Positions 9,278-20,348 of a stretch of 64,000 nucleotides of DNA are shown here, one piece after another. Every line of letters starts with the position of its first letter. The stretch's first letter is position 1. This DNA comes from Longimicrobiales bacterium (GTDB lineage: Bacteria > Gemmatimonadota > Gemmatimonadetes > Longimicrobiales > Gaopeijiaceae), in contig CBDBCF010000001.1 of NCBI GenBank assembly GCA_965202985.1, positions 1,920,001 through 1,984,000 of the forward strand. Reading direction: 5' to 3'. The notes under the pieces were generated by a model. That model was not told the DNA's origin, did no database searches, and worked only from the letters and a program-made list of their open reading frames with translations. The translations under genes were made by a program, and so were the position numbers.

Positions 9278-10137
9278 CTTGGCGCAGTCGGGCCGGCGCG
9301 CACTTCCGGCGACTGGGCGCTCTGGGAACGGCGTGCGAGCTGGCTGCGTCGGCGTCGGTCGCGATCCTGCTTCTGGTGGTCGGCGTCCTGGCGGCTCGCG
9401 GATGGCGAGTGCTGGACTGGGGATTCCTTGCGAACCCGACCTCTCCGGATCCGACGATCGCGGGTGTGGGTCCCGCGTTCGCGGCGACGCTGTGGATGGG
9501 CGTCGTGGCCGGGGGCACGGCCGTGCCCGCCGGCGTAGGCTGCGCCGTCTACTTGGAGGAGTATGCGCCCAGAACGCGGTGGACCTCCCTGGCCAAGTCG
9601 GCGCTGGCCAACTTGGCGGGCGTGCCGCCCGTGGTCTACGGCGTAGTGGGGCTGGCGCTGTTCGTCCGGGGCGTCGGGCTCGGGCGGAGCCTTCTGGCCG
9701 GCGCACTGACGCTGGCCGTCTTGGCGCTGCCGCTGGTGATCGCCGCCGCCCGACAAGCGATCCGAACCGTGCCCCGGGACCTGCGCGAAGCCGCCTACGG
9801 CCTGGGGGCGACGCGGTGGCAGGTGATTCGCCACCAAGTCCTTCCCGCCGCCGCGCCCGGGATCGCGACCGGCTCTTGTCTGGCCCTGACGCGCGCAGTG
9901 GGCGAAGCGGCGCCGCTCGTGGTCGTCGGGGCGGTGTCGCTCGCGACGTTCTTCCCGTTGCGCCCCGCGGACCCCCTGACCTCGCTGCCGACCCGCATCT
10001 TCGACTGGAGCGCGCGGTCCGACCCCCAGTTCGGGGCGTTGGCGGCGGGGGCGGCGCTGGCCCTGCTGGCGGCCCTCCTGACGATGAACGCGGCCGCGGC
10101 GCTCGCTCGCGCCCGACTTGAACGGATCGGCCGGTGA
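9262..10137 (+). CDS. pstA: phosphate ABC transporter permease
   Basis: AVYLEEYAP, NLAGVPPVVYG, LREAAYGLGATRWQ and RAVGEAAPL. Confidence 0.9.
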   Translation: MGLAVTWRSRAGAHFRRLGALGTACELAASASVAILLLVVGVLAARGWRVLDWGFLANPTSPDPTIAGVGPAFAATLWMGVVAGGTAVPAGVGCAVYLEEYAPRTRWTSLAKSALANLAGVPPVVYGVVGLALFVRGVGLGRSLLAGALTLAVLALPLVIAAARQAIRTVPRDLREAAYGLGATRWQVIRHQVLPAAAPGIATGSCLALTRAVGEAAPLVVVGAVSLATFFPLRPADPLTSLPTRIFDWSARSDPQFGALAAGAALALLAALLTMNAAAALARARLERIGR

Positions 10138-10901
10138 AGGCGTCCGCGCCCGAAGTCCCGATCCTTTCCGCCAAGGGCCTCTCGGTGAGGTTCGGCAGTC
10201 GAGCCGCGTTGACGGAGATATCCCTGGACGTGCCGCGGGGCCGGATCGTCTCGGTGATCGGGCCGTCGGGCTGCGGCAAGACCACGCTGCTCCGCTGCTT
10301 CAACCGGACGAACGAACTCGTCCCCGGGGCCAAGACCGCAGGCGCGGTGCGCTTCGAGGACATGGAACTTTACGCGGAGGACGTGGATCCGGTGGAGGTG
10401 CGACGGCGGATCGGCATGGTCTTCCAGCGGGCCACGCCCTTTCCCAAGTCGGTCTTCGACAACGTGGCCTTCGGGCCGCGCGCCGGCGGCTTCGGCGGCG
10501 ACCTGCACGGGCTGGTGCAGGAAGTGCTCGAGGCCACCGGGCTCTGGTCCGAAGTCGCAGGAGACTTGGACGCGCCGGCCACGAGCCTTTCGGCGGGCCA
10601 GCAGCAGCGCCTGTGCATTGCGCGCACGCTGGCCGTCAAGCCCGGCGTGCTGCTCATGGACGAACCCACATCGGCCCTGGACCCCACCGCCACGGCGCGG
10701 ATCGAGTCCCTGGTCGATTCCCTCAAGGAGGACTACGCCATCGTGATCGCCACGCACAACTTGCAGCAGGCGGCTCGCCTGTCGGACATGACCGCATACC
10801 TGGACCGGGGCGAACTCGTGGAGTACGGCCCCACCGAAACCCTCTTCACCAACCCCCGCGAACCCCGAACCGAGTCCTACGTGACGGGCCGAGTCCAGTG
10901 A
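10134..10901 (+). CDS. pstB: phosphate ABC transporter ATPase
   Basis: GPSGCGKTT, LSAGQQQRLCIAR, MDEPTSALDP and THNLQQAAR. Confidence 0.93.
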   Translation: MKASAPEVPILSAKGLSVRFGSRAALTEISLDVPRGRIVSVIGPSGCGKTTLLRCFNRTNELVPGAKTAGAVRFEDMELYAEDVDPVEVRRRIGMVFQRATPFPKSVFDNVAFGPRAGGFGGDLHGLVQEVLEATGLWSEVAGDLDAPATSLSAGQQQRLCIARTLAVKPGVLLMDEPTSALDPTATARIESLVDSLKEDYAIVIATHNLQQAARLSDMTAYLDRGELVEYGPTETLFTNPREPRTESYVTGRVQ

Positions 10902-11677
10902 CCGAGCCTTCGACGCCGGAACAGGCGAAGCCGACCGAGGACCGGCCAGGCGCGCCGCCGCCCGAAGGAGGCGTCGACCTTGGGGCTGCCGTTGCCGGCT
11001 CGCCTGTGCCCAGGAGCTTGGTCGAGACCGAGCTCGACCGTCTGCGCGAGGCGCTGCTGGACATGGCGGGTCGGGCCGAGGAACTGGTCCGGCTGGCGAT
11101 GACCGGCTTGTCGGAGCGGGACGCGGGCCGGTCGAAGACGGTGCGGCGCGAGGACGACGGCATCGACGCCCTGGAGGTGGAGATGGACGAGCGCGTGGTC
11201 GAGCTCCTGGCGCGCCACAACCCCAGGGCGGGCGACCTGCGGATGGTGTTCGTGGCCCTGAAGGCGTCCAACGACATCGAGCGGATCGGCGACCACGCGG
11301 TCAACATCGCCAAGGCGAGCCGTCGGATCGTGGCCCACCCGCCGCTGCCGGACATCTTGGAGGTGTGGGAGATGGGCGACCAGGTGCGGGCCATGCTCAG
11401 CGCCGCCTTGAGCGCGCTGGTGAACCGCGACGCGGACGCCGCTCGACAGGTCGTGGTCAAGGACCGGCGCGTGGACGACCTGCGGCGGTCGGCGTTTCGG
11501 ATCATCGTGTCCTACATGCTGGAGCAGCCGCGCTACATCAGCCCCGGGTTGGAGATGATCCTGGTGGTGCAGAACTTGGAACGGATCGGCGACTTGGCCA
11601 CCAACATCGCCGAAGACGTGGTGTTCCTGGTGGAGGGAAAGTCGATCAAGCACACCAAGGTCGAGCCGAGTGGGTAG
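10898..11677 (+). CDS. phoU: phosphate signalling complex protein
   Basis: DIERIGDHAVNIA and NLERIGDLATNIAEDV repeats. Confidence 0.92.
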   Translation: MTEPSTPEQAKPTEDRPGAPPPEGGVDLGAAVAGSPVPRSLVETELDRLREALLDMAGRAEELVRLAMTGLSERDAGRSKTVRREDDGIDALEVEMDERVVELLARHNPRAGDLRMVFVALKASNDIERIGDHAVNIAKASRRIVAHPPLPDILEVWEMGDQVRAMLSAALSALVNRDADAARQVVVKDRRVDDLRRSAFRIIVSYMLEQPRYISPGLEMILVVQNLERIGDLATNIAEDVVFLVEGKSIKHTKVEPSG

Positions 11678-12656
11678 GCGGGAGCGCGGAGCCGGACGCG
11701 GGACGCCGCAGGGCGGGGACAGCGTCGCGCACGTGGAGCGCGGGGACGCGGACGGGCCGCCGCAGCACGGGGACGCCGGCGTCGAGGGCGTCGGCGAGAC
11801 GAGGGCTCCGGGTAGAGTCGCGGAGCCGCCAACGGCGCCGGTTCCGCCGCCCCGGCCCCAGCCGGAGCCCGCGACGGGAGCGCGGTCGTCGAAGGGCCGC
11901 GTCGCCATCGTGACGGGAGGCTCCAGCGGGATCGGACGCGCCACGGCGCTCGCCTTCGCCCGGGGAGGCGCGCACGTGGCGTTCAACTACCTGGAGGCCG
12001 ACGATCCGGGCGCCGACGCGAGCGAGCTTCGCGCCGCCGAGGAGACCGCCGACGAGCTGCGCGCGCACGGAGCCGAGGTTTTCTGGCGCGCCGGCGACGT
12101 TCGCGATCCGAGCGACGTGGAGGCGTTCGTGTCCCAAGCTCGGGATCGGCTGGGCGGCCTGCACATCCTGGTCAACAACGCCGGCGTGGGCCGCGACGGG
12201 GCTCTCTGGCGCATGTCCGACGAGCAATGGCGGACGGTCATCGACACCAACCTGTCGGGCGCGTTCTTCTTCATCCGCGCCGTGGCGCCCCACTTCCGCG
12301 CGCAGGAGTTCGGCAAGATCGTCAACGTGTCGTCCGTTCACGGCTACTCCGCCGAGTTCGGCTTGGCCAACTACTGCTCGTCGAAGGCGGGCTTGGCCGG
12401 CCTGACCCGCAGCGCGGCCGCCGAACTGGGACCCTCCAACGTCAACGTCAACGCCGTGGCCCCCGGCTACATCCGCACGACAGAGCTGACCGACCGCGTG
12501 CCCGCCGAGATCATGGACCGGGCTCGCGAGCGAAGCGTCCTGGGCCGCCTGGGCGATCCCCAGGACGCGGCGTCCGTGATCTTGTTCCTTTGTTCCGAGG
12601 CCGCCCGCCACGTCACGGGCGTCGTGGTTCCGGTCGACGGAGGCTACCTGACGTGA
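11670..12656 (+). CDS. SDR family oxidoreductase (FabG-like); true start may be further downstream
   Basis: [17 protein letters not shown] and VNAVAPG. Confidence 0.88.
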   Translation: MGRRERGAGRGTPQGGDSVAHVERGDADGPPQHGDAGVEGVGETRAPGRVAEPPTAPVPPPRPQPEPATGARSSKGRVAIVTGGSSGIGRATALAFARGGAHVAFNYLEADDPGADASELRAAEETADELRAHGAEVFWRAGDVRDPSDVEAFVSQARDRLGGLHILVNNAGVGRDGALWRMSDEQWRTVIDTNLSGAFFFIRAVAPHFRAQEFGKIVNVSSVHGYSAEFGLANYCSSKAGLAGLTRSAAAELGPSNVNVNAVAPGYIRTTELTDRVPAEIMDRARERSVLGRLGDPQDAASVILFLCSEAARHVTGVVVPVDGGYLT

Positions 12657-13063
12657 CCGACCAGACCACCGGCGACAAGATCGCGAAGTCCGACGCCGAA
12701 TGGCGGGCGCAGCTGACGCCGGAGCAGTACCGCGTGGCGCGGAGGGGCGGCACCGAACCGCCCTTCACGGGCCGACACCTGGACCAGAAGGGACAAGGAG
12801 ACTACTTGTGCGCATGTTGCGGGCAGGTGCTGTTCGAGTCGTCCGCCAAGTTCGACTCGGGAACCGGCTGGCCCAGCTTCTGGTCGGCGGCGGTCGGCAG
12901 CGTGGCAGAGAAGGAAGACCGGAAGCTGTTCGTGCGGCGCACCGAAGTCGTGTGCAACCGTTGCGACGCCCATCTGGGTCACGTCTTCCCGGACGGACCC
13001 GCACCGACCGGGCTGCGGTACTGCATCAACTCGGCGGCGCTGGAGTTTCGGGCCGATGAGTAG
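12653..13063 (+). CDS. msrB: peptide-methionine (R)-S-oxide reductase
   Basis: [27 protein letters not shown] and RYCINS. Confidence 0.95.
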   Translation: MTDQTTGDKIAKSDAEWRAQLTPEQYRVARRGGTEPPFTGRHLDQKGQGDYLCACCGQVLFESSAKFDSGTGWPSFWSAAVGSVAEKEDRKLFVRRTEVVCNRCDAHLGHVFPDGPAPTGLRYCINSAALEFRADE

Positions 13064-14096
13064 CGCCCAAGCCGGCGCGCGGAGCAAGACGATCACCGTC
13101 GTCGCGGGAGACGGCATCGGACCGGAGGTTACCGAGGCCGTGCTTCGCGTGCTGGACGCGGCGGGGACGGGGCTGGACTACGATCGCCAGGACGCCGGCG
13201 TGTCGGCGATTCACGGGCACGGAACGCCCCTGCCCCAGGAGACGCTGGACTCGATCGAGGCCAACGGCGTCGCGTTGAAGGGGCCGCTTGCCACGCCCGC
13301 GGGGTCGGGGTTTCGGTCCGTCAACGTGCAGATCCGCAAGACGTTCGACCTGTACGCCAATGTGCGGCCGGTGCGCACGATCGTGCCCGGCGGACGCTAC
13401 GCCGACATCGACCTGGTGCTCATCCGCGAGAACACGGAAGGCCTGTACGTGGGCGTGGAGCACTTCATCGGCATGGAGGGCGACCCCAAGGCGGCGGCGG
13501 AGTCGGTCATGATCACGACGCGCTTCGGTTCCGAGCGGATCGTGCGCTTCGCCTTCGACTACGCCGTGGACAAGGGCCGCCGCAAGGTGACGCTGGCCCA
13601 CAAGGCCAACATCCTCAAGCACACGCAGGGCCTGTTCCTGGACGTGGGGAAGCGCTTGGCGGGGGCGTACGAAGGCCGCGTCGAGTTCGAGGACCGCATC
13701 ATCGACGCGACGGCGATGTACTTGGTCCTGGACCCGTACCGCTTCGACGTGCTGGTCATGGAGAACATGTTCGGGGACATCCTGTCGGACCTGATGGCCG
13801 GGCTGGTGGGCGGTCTGGGGTTCGCGCCCGCTGGCAACATGGGCGAACGCCACGCCGTCTTCGAGGCCGTCCACGGCTCGGCGCCGGACATTGCGGGGCA
13901 GGGCGTGGCCAACCCGACCGGCCTGCTGTTGTCGGCGTGTCTCCTGCTGGACCACGCCGGGCGAGAGGCGGCGGCGGAGCGGATACGGAACGCCGTTTGG
14001 GACGTGGTGCAGAGCGGCAAGGCGCGAACGCTGGACATGGGCGGATCGGACGGCACCCAGGCGTTCACCGACGCCGTGTTGCGGGCGCTGGGTTGA
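13056..14096 (+). CDS. isocitrate/isopropylmalate dehydrogenase family protein
   Basis: [26 protein letters not shown] and [12 protein letters not shown]. Confidence 0.92.
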   Translation: MSSAQAGARSKTITVVAGDGIGPEVTEAVLRVLDAAGTGLDYDRQDAGVSAIHGHGTPLPQETLDSIEANGVALKGPLATPAGSGFRSVNVQIRKTFDLYANVRPVRTIVPGGRYADIDLVLIRENTEGLYVGVEHFIGMEGDPKAAAESVMITTRFGSERIVRFAFDYAVDKGRRKVTLAHKANILKHTQGLFLDVGKRLAGAYEGRVEFEDRIIDATAMYLVLDPYRFDVLVMENMFGDILSDLMAGLVGGLGFAPAGNMGERHAVFEAVHGSAPDIAGQGVANPTGLLLSACLLLDHAGREAAAERIRNAVWDVVQSGKARTLDMGGSDGTQAFTDAVLRALG

Positions 14097-14131
14097 GCTT
14101 GCGGGGCGGTGACGCCGGCTCGGACGCCGGA

Positions 14132-14488
14132 TTGAGCGCACGCGACGCCGATGTCGGCCCGACCGACGCTGGCTCCGGCCCGGCCGACACGCTGGACTTG
14201 GCGTGCACGAGCTGCGGCTGCGCCAAGCGCGCCTCGGAGCTGGACCGCCTTCTCTGGTGCGAAGGCTGCTTGGCGCGGGCGCGCGAGCGGGCGAAGCGGG
14301 CGGGCTGGGGGGCCGGCGTGGTCTTGGCCGGGGCGCTGGCGCTCTGGATATACTTGGTGCAGCAGCCGTCGCGGCTGGTGATCGGGGGCTGGGCCGGAGC
14401 AGTGGCGGCCACCCTGTGGCTGGGCGCCAAGGCCGCGCGAGAACTTTGCTTCGGGCTGTTGCGCTTGCGCGGCAGGCCGTCGTCGTAG
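14132..14488 (+). CDS. small membrane protein with CxxC...CxxC motif
   Basis: CTSC...WCEGC followed by two hydrophobic helices. Fills the gap between co-oriented genes; start uncertain. Confidence 0.55.
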   Translation: MSARDADVGPTDAGSGPADTLDLACTSCGCAKRASELDRLLWCEGCLARARERAKRAGWGAGVVLAGALALWIYLVQQPSRLVIGGWAGAVAATLWLGAKAARELCFGLLRLRGRPSS

Positions 14489-14537
14489 GCTGCTCCCGAC
14501 ACCTCCAACCCCTCACGCGAAGAGAGACGCCGAACAC

Positions 14538-15725
14538 ATGGCCGCCAAGTTCCAAGGCGTGGACTTCTACGACATCGATTCCCTGCTGTCCGGCGACGAG
14601 CGGATGGTGCGGGACGCGACCCGGGAGTGGGTGGAAGACCGGTTCCTGCCCCTGATCGGCGACGCCTACGTGCAGCACCGCTTCCCCAAGGAGCTTGTCC
14701 CCGAGATCGGCGAGTTGGGCGTGCTGGGCGCCAACCTGCCCGAAGAGTACGGCTGCGCGGGGCTGGGCAACGTGGCCTACGGGCTGATCATGCAGGAGCT
14801 GGAGCGGGGCGACTCGGGGCTGCGGTCGTTCGCGTCGGTGCAAGGAGCGCTGGTCATGTACCCGATACACGCCTTCGGAAGCGAAGAGCAGCGCCGGACG
14901 TGGCTGCGCAAGCTGGCCACGGGCGACAAGATCGGGTGCTTCGGCCTGACCGAGCCCGACTACGGCTCCAACCCCGCCGGCATGGTGACGACCGCCCGGC
15001 AGCAGTCCGACGGCGACTGGCTGCTGAACGGCACGAAGATGTGGATCACCAACGGTTCCATGGCCGACGTGGCCGTCGTCTGGGCGCAGACCGGCGAGGC
15101 CGGCGACGCGAGCGGCATCCGCGGCTTCCTGGTGCCCGCCGACACGCCGGGGTTCTCCGCCCGCGACCAGAAGGGCAAGCTGTCGCTGCTGGCGTCGGAC
15201 ACGAGCGAGCTGGTGCTGGACGACGCGCGCGTGCCGGCGGACGCGCTGTTGCCCGGCTCGTCGGGGCTGCGGAGCCCCCTGATGTGCCTCACGCAGGCGC
15301 GCTACGGGATTGCCTGGGGCGCCGTGGGGGCGGCGATGGCGTGCTTCCACGAGGCGTCCGGATACGCCGGCGAGCGGGTCATGTTCGACGGCCCCATCGC
15401 GGGCAAGCAGATCCAGCAGGTGCGCCTGGCCGACATGCTCACCTCGATCACGCAAGGTCAGCTGCTTTGCCTGCGCCTGGGCCGCTTGAAGGACGCGGGC
15501 GAGATGACGCCGCAGCAGGTCAGCTTGGCGAAGCGCGCCAACGTGGACATGGCGTGCAACGTGGCCCGCGAGGCCCGTCGCCTGCTGGGCGCCAACGGCA
15601 TCCTGGCCGAGTACTCCGCCATGCGTCACATGGCCAACCTGGAATCCGTCTACACCTACGAGGGCACCCACGACATCCACTCCCTGATCCTGGGCCAAGC
15701 GGTCACGGGCGTGGCGGCGTTCTGA
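14538..15725 (+). CDS. acyl-CoA dehydrogenase (glutaryl-CoA dehydrogenase-like)
   Basis: GCFGLTEPDYGS, LNGTKMWITNG and YTYEGTHDIH. Confidence 0.92.
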   Translation: MAAKFQGVDFYDIDSLLSGDERMVRDATREWVEDRFLPLIGDAYVQHRFPKELVPEIGELGVLGANLPEEYGCAGLGNVAYGLIMQELERGDSGLRSFASVQGALVMYPIHAFGSEEQRRTWLRKLATGDKIGCFGLTEPDYGSNPAGMVTTARQQSDGDWLLNGTKMWITNGSMADVAVVWAQTGEAGDASGIRGFLVPADTPGFSARDQKGKLSLLASDTSELVLDDARVPADALLPGSSGLRSPLMCLTQARYGIAWGAVGAAMACFHEASGYAGERVMFDGPIAGKQIQQVRLADMLTSITQGQLLCLRLGRLKDAGEMTPQQVSLAKRANVDMACNVAREARRLLGANGILAEYSAMRHMANLESVYTYEGTHDIHSLILGQAVTGVAAF

Positions 15726-15738
15726 GCGGAGACGGCAC

Positions 15739-16392
15739 GTGAGCCGAAAGAAGCCGGGAGCCGGAAACGCCGGGCGGGAGGACCCGCGCAGCGCGCTTCG
15801 GCGGCGGGACAGGGGCAAGGACGACCAGTGGGTGGCGGCGTTCCTCAAGCGAGCGCCCTACGGCTTCCTGGCCACCGTCGGCCCGGACGCCCAGCCGTTC
15901 CTGAACGCCAATCTGTTCGTGTTCGACGACGGCAACGGGGATGGCCGCCGCATCTACCTGCACACGCACCGGACGGGCCGAACGCGGGACAACATCGAGG
16001 CCGCCGGCGGCAAGCCCGCCCCGAACCTCGGCGCGCTCGCCCCCAAGGTGACTTTCGGCGCCGTGGCCATGGGGCGCCTGCTGCCTGCCCCCGAGGCGCT
16101 GGAGTTCTCGGTGGAGTACGCGGGCGTGATCGCCTTCGGGACGGGACGGGTCGTCGAAGACCCGGTCGAAGCCAAGGCCGCCCTGCAGATGCTGCTGGAC
16201 AAGTACGCCCCGCACCTGCGCCCCGGCGAGGACTACCGCCCCACCACCGACGACGAACTGCGCCGCACGGCCGTCTACCGGATCGACGTGGAGACGTGGA
16301 GCGGCAAGCAGAAGGAAGTGGAGCCGGACTTTCCCGGCGCCTTCGCGCTGCCCGCACTGCCGGTGCCGTTCAGGGGGGCCGGAAACACTTGA
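15739..16392 (+). CDS. pyridoxamine 5'-phosphate oxidase / NimA-like flavin-binding protein
   Basis: LRRRDR..YGFLAT...IYLH...FSVEYAGVIAFG...KYAP...WSGK pattern. Confidence 0.78.
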   Translation: MSRKKPGAGNAGREDPRSALRRRDRGKDDQWVAAFLKRAPYGFLATVGPDAQPFLNANLFVFDDGNGDGRRIYLHTHRTGRTRDNIEAAGGKPAPNLGALAPKVTFGAVAMGRLLPAPEALEFSVEYAGVIAFGTGRVVEDPVEAKAALQMLLDKYAPHLRPGEDYRPTTDDELRRTAVYRIDVETWSGKQKEVEPDFPGAFALPALPVPFRGAGNT

Positions 16393-16415
16393 CCTGCCAG
16401 AGACGGGAGCTCCGC

Positions 16416-16598
16416 ATGAACTGGAAGAGTTGGAAGCTGTGGACGGCAACGGCCATCGCGACGTTGCCCGTGTTGTCCATGGTCCTTTGGTATCAAGTGG
16501 CCATGACGCCGGTCGAGCAACTGGAACGCTGGTTCTTCTACACCGCGTTCTGCACGACCATAATGGCCGCCTTCGGCGTCATGGTCGGCGTCACGTGA
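16416..16598 (+). CDS. small two-helix membrane protein
   Basis: GGGAG RBS before the ATG. Reads MNWKSWKLWTATAIATLPVLSMVLW...FGVMVGVT. Confidence 0.5.
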   Translation: MNWKSWKLWTATAIATLPVLSMVLWYQVAMTPVEQLERWFFYTAFCTTIMAAFGVMVGVT

Positions 16599-16659
16599 GC
16601 CGTCGCCGGCCTCGTCGATCTGTTGCGCAACAGGTCACGTGCCCGGCCCCGTGCGTGCG

Positions 16660-18096
16660 TCAGCCCTGGTGCTTCTGGGCCAGGGCCTCCAGCCGCCGGT
16701 TGATCTCTTCTCGCGCGACCCAGCGGCCCCTCACCATGACGCCGGCCGGGTCCGCCAAGTTGGCCAAGTCGTCCAAGGGGTTGGAGTCGAGCAGCAGCAG
16801 GTCCGCCCGCTGCCCCGCCGCCACGGCGCCGAAGTTCCCGTCCAAGCCCAGGTGGTCGGCCACGTAGCGTCCCACGGCGGCCGTGCCGCTCTTCAGGATC
16901 TCGTAGTTGGACATGCCGGCTTCGGACATCACCGCCATCTCCCGGTGCAGCGCGAAGCCGGGCACGTTGAAGAGCTGGGGCGAGTCGGTACCCATTAGGA
17001 TGGGGGCCCCGCCGTCGGACAGCGCCTTCAGCACCTGCTGTCGGACCTCCAGGAACGCCGCCACCTCTTGCGGGGTTCCGCGCGGCCCGCCTGCGGCCTG
17101 CCTCCGCCACGCCTCGTGCTGTCGCGCGGACACGTAGCGCATCTCGGGCTGCGCCAGCATCGCGTCCGGGTCCGGGCTGCCGAACAGGTTCTCCCACAGG
17201 TACATCGTGGGCACCACGTATACGTCGTGCTCAATGGTGAGGCGCACGATCTCGGCCAGCTTGGTTTCGTCCACACCCGTTGCGAGTCCGGCCAGCTCGA
17301 TGTCGCCGGCGTTGACCTGGGACTGGACCTGGGCGTCCTGGGCCACGGCCCGAACGTAGCCGTCCATGTGGTCCACCGTGGAGATGCCCGTCTCGATGGC
17401 GTGCACCAGCCCGACCGCCGCCGGGACGTGCCCGCCGAATGTGAAGCTCAGCTCCCGCGCCACCTCGGCCATGCGGTCCCAAGCGTCCAGGGGCACGCCG
17501 GGGTGAATCTTCTGGAAGTCGTACCCGGCCTCCTTGGATGTGCGCACCAGCCGCTCGGCAACGTCCGGGTCGGGCGCGGTTCGGCCGTTCAGAGACGGCG
17601 CGCCCACATAGAAGTTGGGACCCAGCACCTCGCCCCGCTCCAACTCCCGCGCCAAGGGGATCTGGTATGCCGAGCCCAACATGCCGCGAATCGTGGTGAT
17701 CCCGTTGGCCACGTACAGGAACAGGATGTCCTCCACCGCCTCTCGGGGCGGATCGTCGCCGGGGGGCACGTGGGCGTGCATCTCGGCCAAGCCGGGCATC
17801 AAGTAGCGTCCGTTGCCCGCCACGACGACGGCGTTCTCGGGCACGGTCACCTGGTTCGCCGGGCCGGCCTGGACGATCGCGCCGTCCTCCACCACGACCG
17901 TCCAGTCGCTCTCCACCGCGTCCGAGGTCATGGGGAGCACGTCGACGCCGACGAAAGCCGTGATGGGGCGCGCGGGGGGCGCTTGGGCGGCGACGGGGGC
18001 GGGACCCGCCGGGTTCGGGAAGCCGCAGGCGGTGAGCACGGCCCAGACGCCAAGGAGCCGTAGGAGAATGTTTCGGCGCGTCGGTCTTGTCGTCAC
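16660..18096 (-). CDS. exported amidohydrolase family protein (lipoprotein-like signal)
   Basis: MPGLAEMHAH, GITTIR, STVDH, MGTDSP and GQRADLLLL. Confidence 0.88.
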   Translation of the reverse strand: MTTRPTRRNILLRLLGVWAVLTACGFPNPAGPAPVAAQAPPARPITAFVGVDVLPMTSDAVESDWTVVVEDGAIVQAGPANQVTVPENAVVVAGNGRYLMPGLAEMHAHVPPGDDPPREAVEDILFLYVANGITTIRGMLGSAYQIPLARELERGEVLGPNFYVGAPSLNGRTAPDPDVAERLVRTSKEAGYDFQKIHPGVPLDAWDRMAEVARELSFTFGGHVPAAVGLVHAIETGISTVDHMDGYVRAVAQDAQVQSQVNAGDIELAGLATGVDETKLAEIVRLTIEHDVYVVPTMYLWENLFGSPDPDAMLAQPEMRYVSARQHEAWRRQAAGGPRGTPQEVAAFLEVRQQVLKALSDGGAPILMGTDSPQLFNVPGFALHREMAVMSEAGMSNYEILKSGTAAVGRYVADHLGLDGNFGAVAAGQRADLLLLDSNPLDDLANLADPAGVMVRGRWVAREEINRRLEALAQKHQG

Positions 18097-18404
18097 TTCC
18101 GAGTACCTTTTCTTCGGAAAGGATCCGCTTTCGGGATGAGGGGCTAGCTACCAAGTGTTGCGCCGACGCCAACCGCGAGTCAAGCACGGCGTAGCTGTGG
18201 GCGATGCTCGAGGCTGACAGTGGATCGAGCCGTGTCGGTCGGCCGACCGTCCCGCACCACCTTCTGTCGACCACAAGACGGCGGAAACCAACCCCAGGGA
18301 ACTCCAAAGAGTTCTCTACCTTGATCGCCCCTGCGGTTTCCTCTTATCCTTCGTCATCGCGGGATTCCTCCTGCGCGCCGACCCAGAGCCAGAAAAGCAG
18401 ACGC

Positions 18405-19823
18405 ATGACCACAACCGCAACCGCAACGATATTCTCCCGGGCGTGGAAGGTGACGAGGCTCGTCGTCGTCCTCCTCCTTTGGGGGATCCAATCCCCGGCC
18501 GGGGCCGCCCAGCGCCCTGATAGTTTGTTGATTCTGGCGATCACATTAGGTGGACGCAGAGGGCGACGGCGGTTGGCCCGGACGCTTGCTGTGTTTGGAG
18601 CGCTAGTGGTAACGCTAAATGGAGCTGGCGGTCAGCAGTTCCAGGAGCGAACTCTTGCATCGTCACCAATATTTGATACCGATACTAGTGAAGACGTCGG
18701 GATCGTTGCACTTGCGGCGGCCTCTCACGCTCTTCTTACCGGAGACACACGATTTGTGGCGACCGGCCCGGAGTATGCTAATGCCATGCTATTTGTTGTG
18801 GATGTCGCCAACGGCTCGGTGACGACAATCACTGCGGAGGAATTGGGAATTTCCAATTTGGGGGGCGTTACACTGGTGCGAGTGGACGTTGATGACCGAA
18901 TTGTCGCTTGGCACAGTGAGTCATCACAGATCATTACCATGTCGTCGACGGGAACGGCGGTCAGGCGCATCCCACTTCGGTTGCCGTACGGTTTTATGGC
19001 GGATTCCTGGGAGTTGGCTACGTATGGTAGTGCAAGTCAACTTCCCGTGTTGCGACAGCTAGCGTATGGACCAGGACGTGGCGGTGAAGATGGAGGATCG
19101 TACCGTCAGATGGTTACCTTTGGCGTTATGCATCGTGATGGAAACTTGGAGCGCATCGCACAAGTGGAAGGAGTCGAACGTGTGTACCTTTCCATTCGTC
19201 AGGACTCAGCTTGGGGCAACGTCGAGGCAGATGTGATTTTTGGCGAGACAGTCTTTGTTGCTCCGCTTGGCGACGACAAGTTGATTGTTGCAGATACGGA
19301 TGCGGATTCGATTCGGGTACTGGACGCGCGGGGTAGCTATGAACCTCTGATGCCGACACCGTTACGGTCAGTTGTTGTGACGGAGGAGGACATTGGGATT
19401 GAGAGAAGCCGACGGAAGCGGCGTAGTGCGATGGATGCGGAGATGGAAGGCTTGATTGACATGGTATCCGGTCGGCATCGAGAGCAATTGATAGCATCTG
19501 ATCGTGCCCGTCGCGTGGCGGTAGACTTTGCGCCAGCGAGTCGGACACCTTCGGCAATTGCAGGGTTGATGGTAGATGGACAGTCCAGGCTGTGGCTGAA
19601 GCGGTTTGTCCCACCGACTGACTCGATTACATATTGGGATGTATGGAACACGACGCGGGCCTTCATCGAGTTTAGCGTGAGGGTGCCCCGCGAGTGGGAT
19701 GTCTTGGATGCCCGCGGTGACCGCGTGTTGTTGCGCGGGAGTAAAGCGAACGGAAGAAGGAGTCGCGACCTTGGTCGGCTGATGCTTCTGGATATGAGAC
19801 AAACGGTGGTTCAGGGCCGTTGA
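18405..19823 (+). CDS. exported hypothetical protein, possibly 6-bladed beta-propeller-like (lower GC; start uncertain)
   Basis: Long ORF with signal-like segments and motifs such as LIVADTDADSIRVLDARG and GLMVDGQSRLWL...WDV. Confidence 0.55.
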   Translation: MTTTATATIFSRAWKVTRLVVVLLLWGIQSPAGAAQRPDSLLILAITLGGRRGRRRLARTLAVFGALVVTLNGAGGQQFQERTLASSPIFDTDTSEDVGIVALAAASHALLTGDTRFVATGPEYANAMLFVVDVANGSVTTITAEELGISNLGGVTLVRVDVDDRIVAWHSESSQIITMSSTGTAVRRIPLRLPYGFMADSWELATYGSASQLPVLRQLAYGPGRGGEDGGSYRQMVTFGVMHRDGNLERIAQVEGVERVYLSIRQDSAWGNVEADVIFGETVFVAPLGDDKLIVADTDADSIRVLDARGSYEPLMPTPLRSVVVTEEDIGIERSRRKRRSAMDAEMEGLIDMVSGRHREQLIASDRARRVAVDFAPASRTPSAIAGLMVDGQSRLWLKRFVPPTDSITYWDVWNTTRAFIEFSVRVPREWDVLDARGDRVLLRGSKANGRRSRDLGRLMLLDMRQTVVQGR

Positions 19824-19897
19824 AGTAGTGCATCATTCGGAAGTTGTCCTTATCCAGGCGATAGCTTCCTTTGTCAACACATGTCTTAGGCTAGCGC

Positions 19898-20100
19898 TTA
19901 CGTGGTCGCCTTGCGGGAACGCCGACCGATCTTGGCCTCTTGCATTCGCGCCGTCACCAGCGACGGCGGCATCGGCCGCTCGAGCGTTCCGGCCAGCGTG
20001 CCGCTGGGCGACACGAGCTTGATCCGGTAGCCGGCAGAGTCCACGACGACGATCCGTCCGTCGTCCAAGACGCCGGCGAGCAAAGGCGATTCGTAGGCTT
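19898..20100 (-). pseudogene. fragment of a beta-propeller-type exported protein
   Basis: AYESPLLAGVLDDGRIVVVDSAGYRIKLVSPSGTLAGTLERP resembles one propeller blade and the neighbouring gene. No full-length ORF. Confidence 0.45.
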
Positions 20101-20348
20101 GCTGACCGCCGCGCACTCGAAGACCGAACCTTGTGTCGCTGGTCGCAGGCGTCAGTGTGGGACTTGGCGGAGACGCCGACCGGCCTTGGGGAGGCTAACT
20201 TTGACCTGGACCTGGTCGCAAGTCAACGCCAGAAATCTGCCCTCGGGCGACGCTAGTGCTCCGGGGGACCGGACATTAAGCGAAGGTCGCGTCCCCGGAT
20301 CGCCCGCATATCCCCCGAAATCGCTCCCCCGAACAGGAAGGACCTCGG

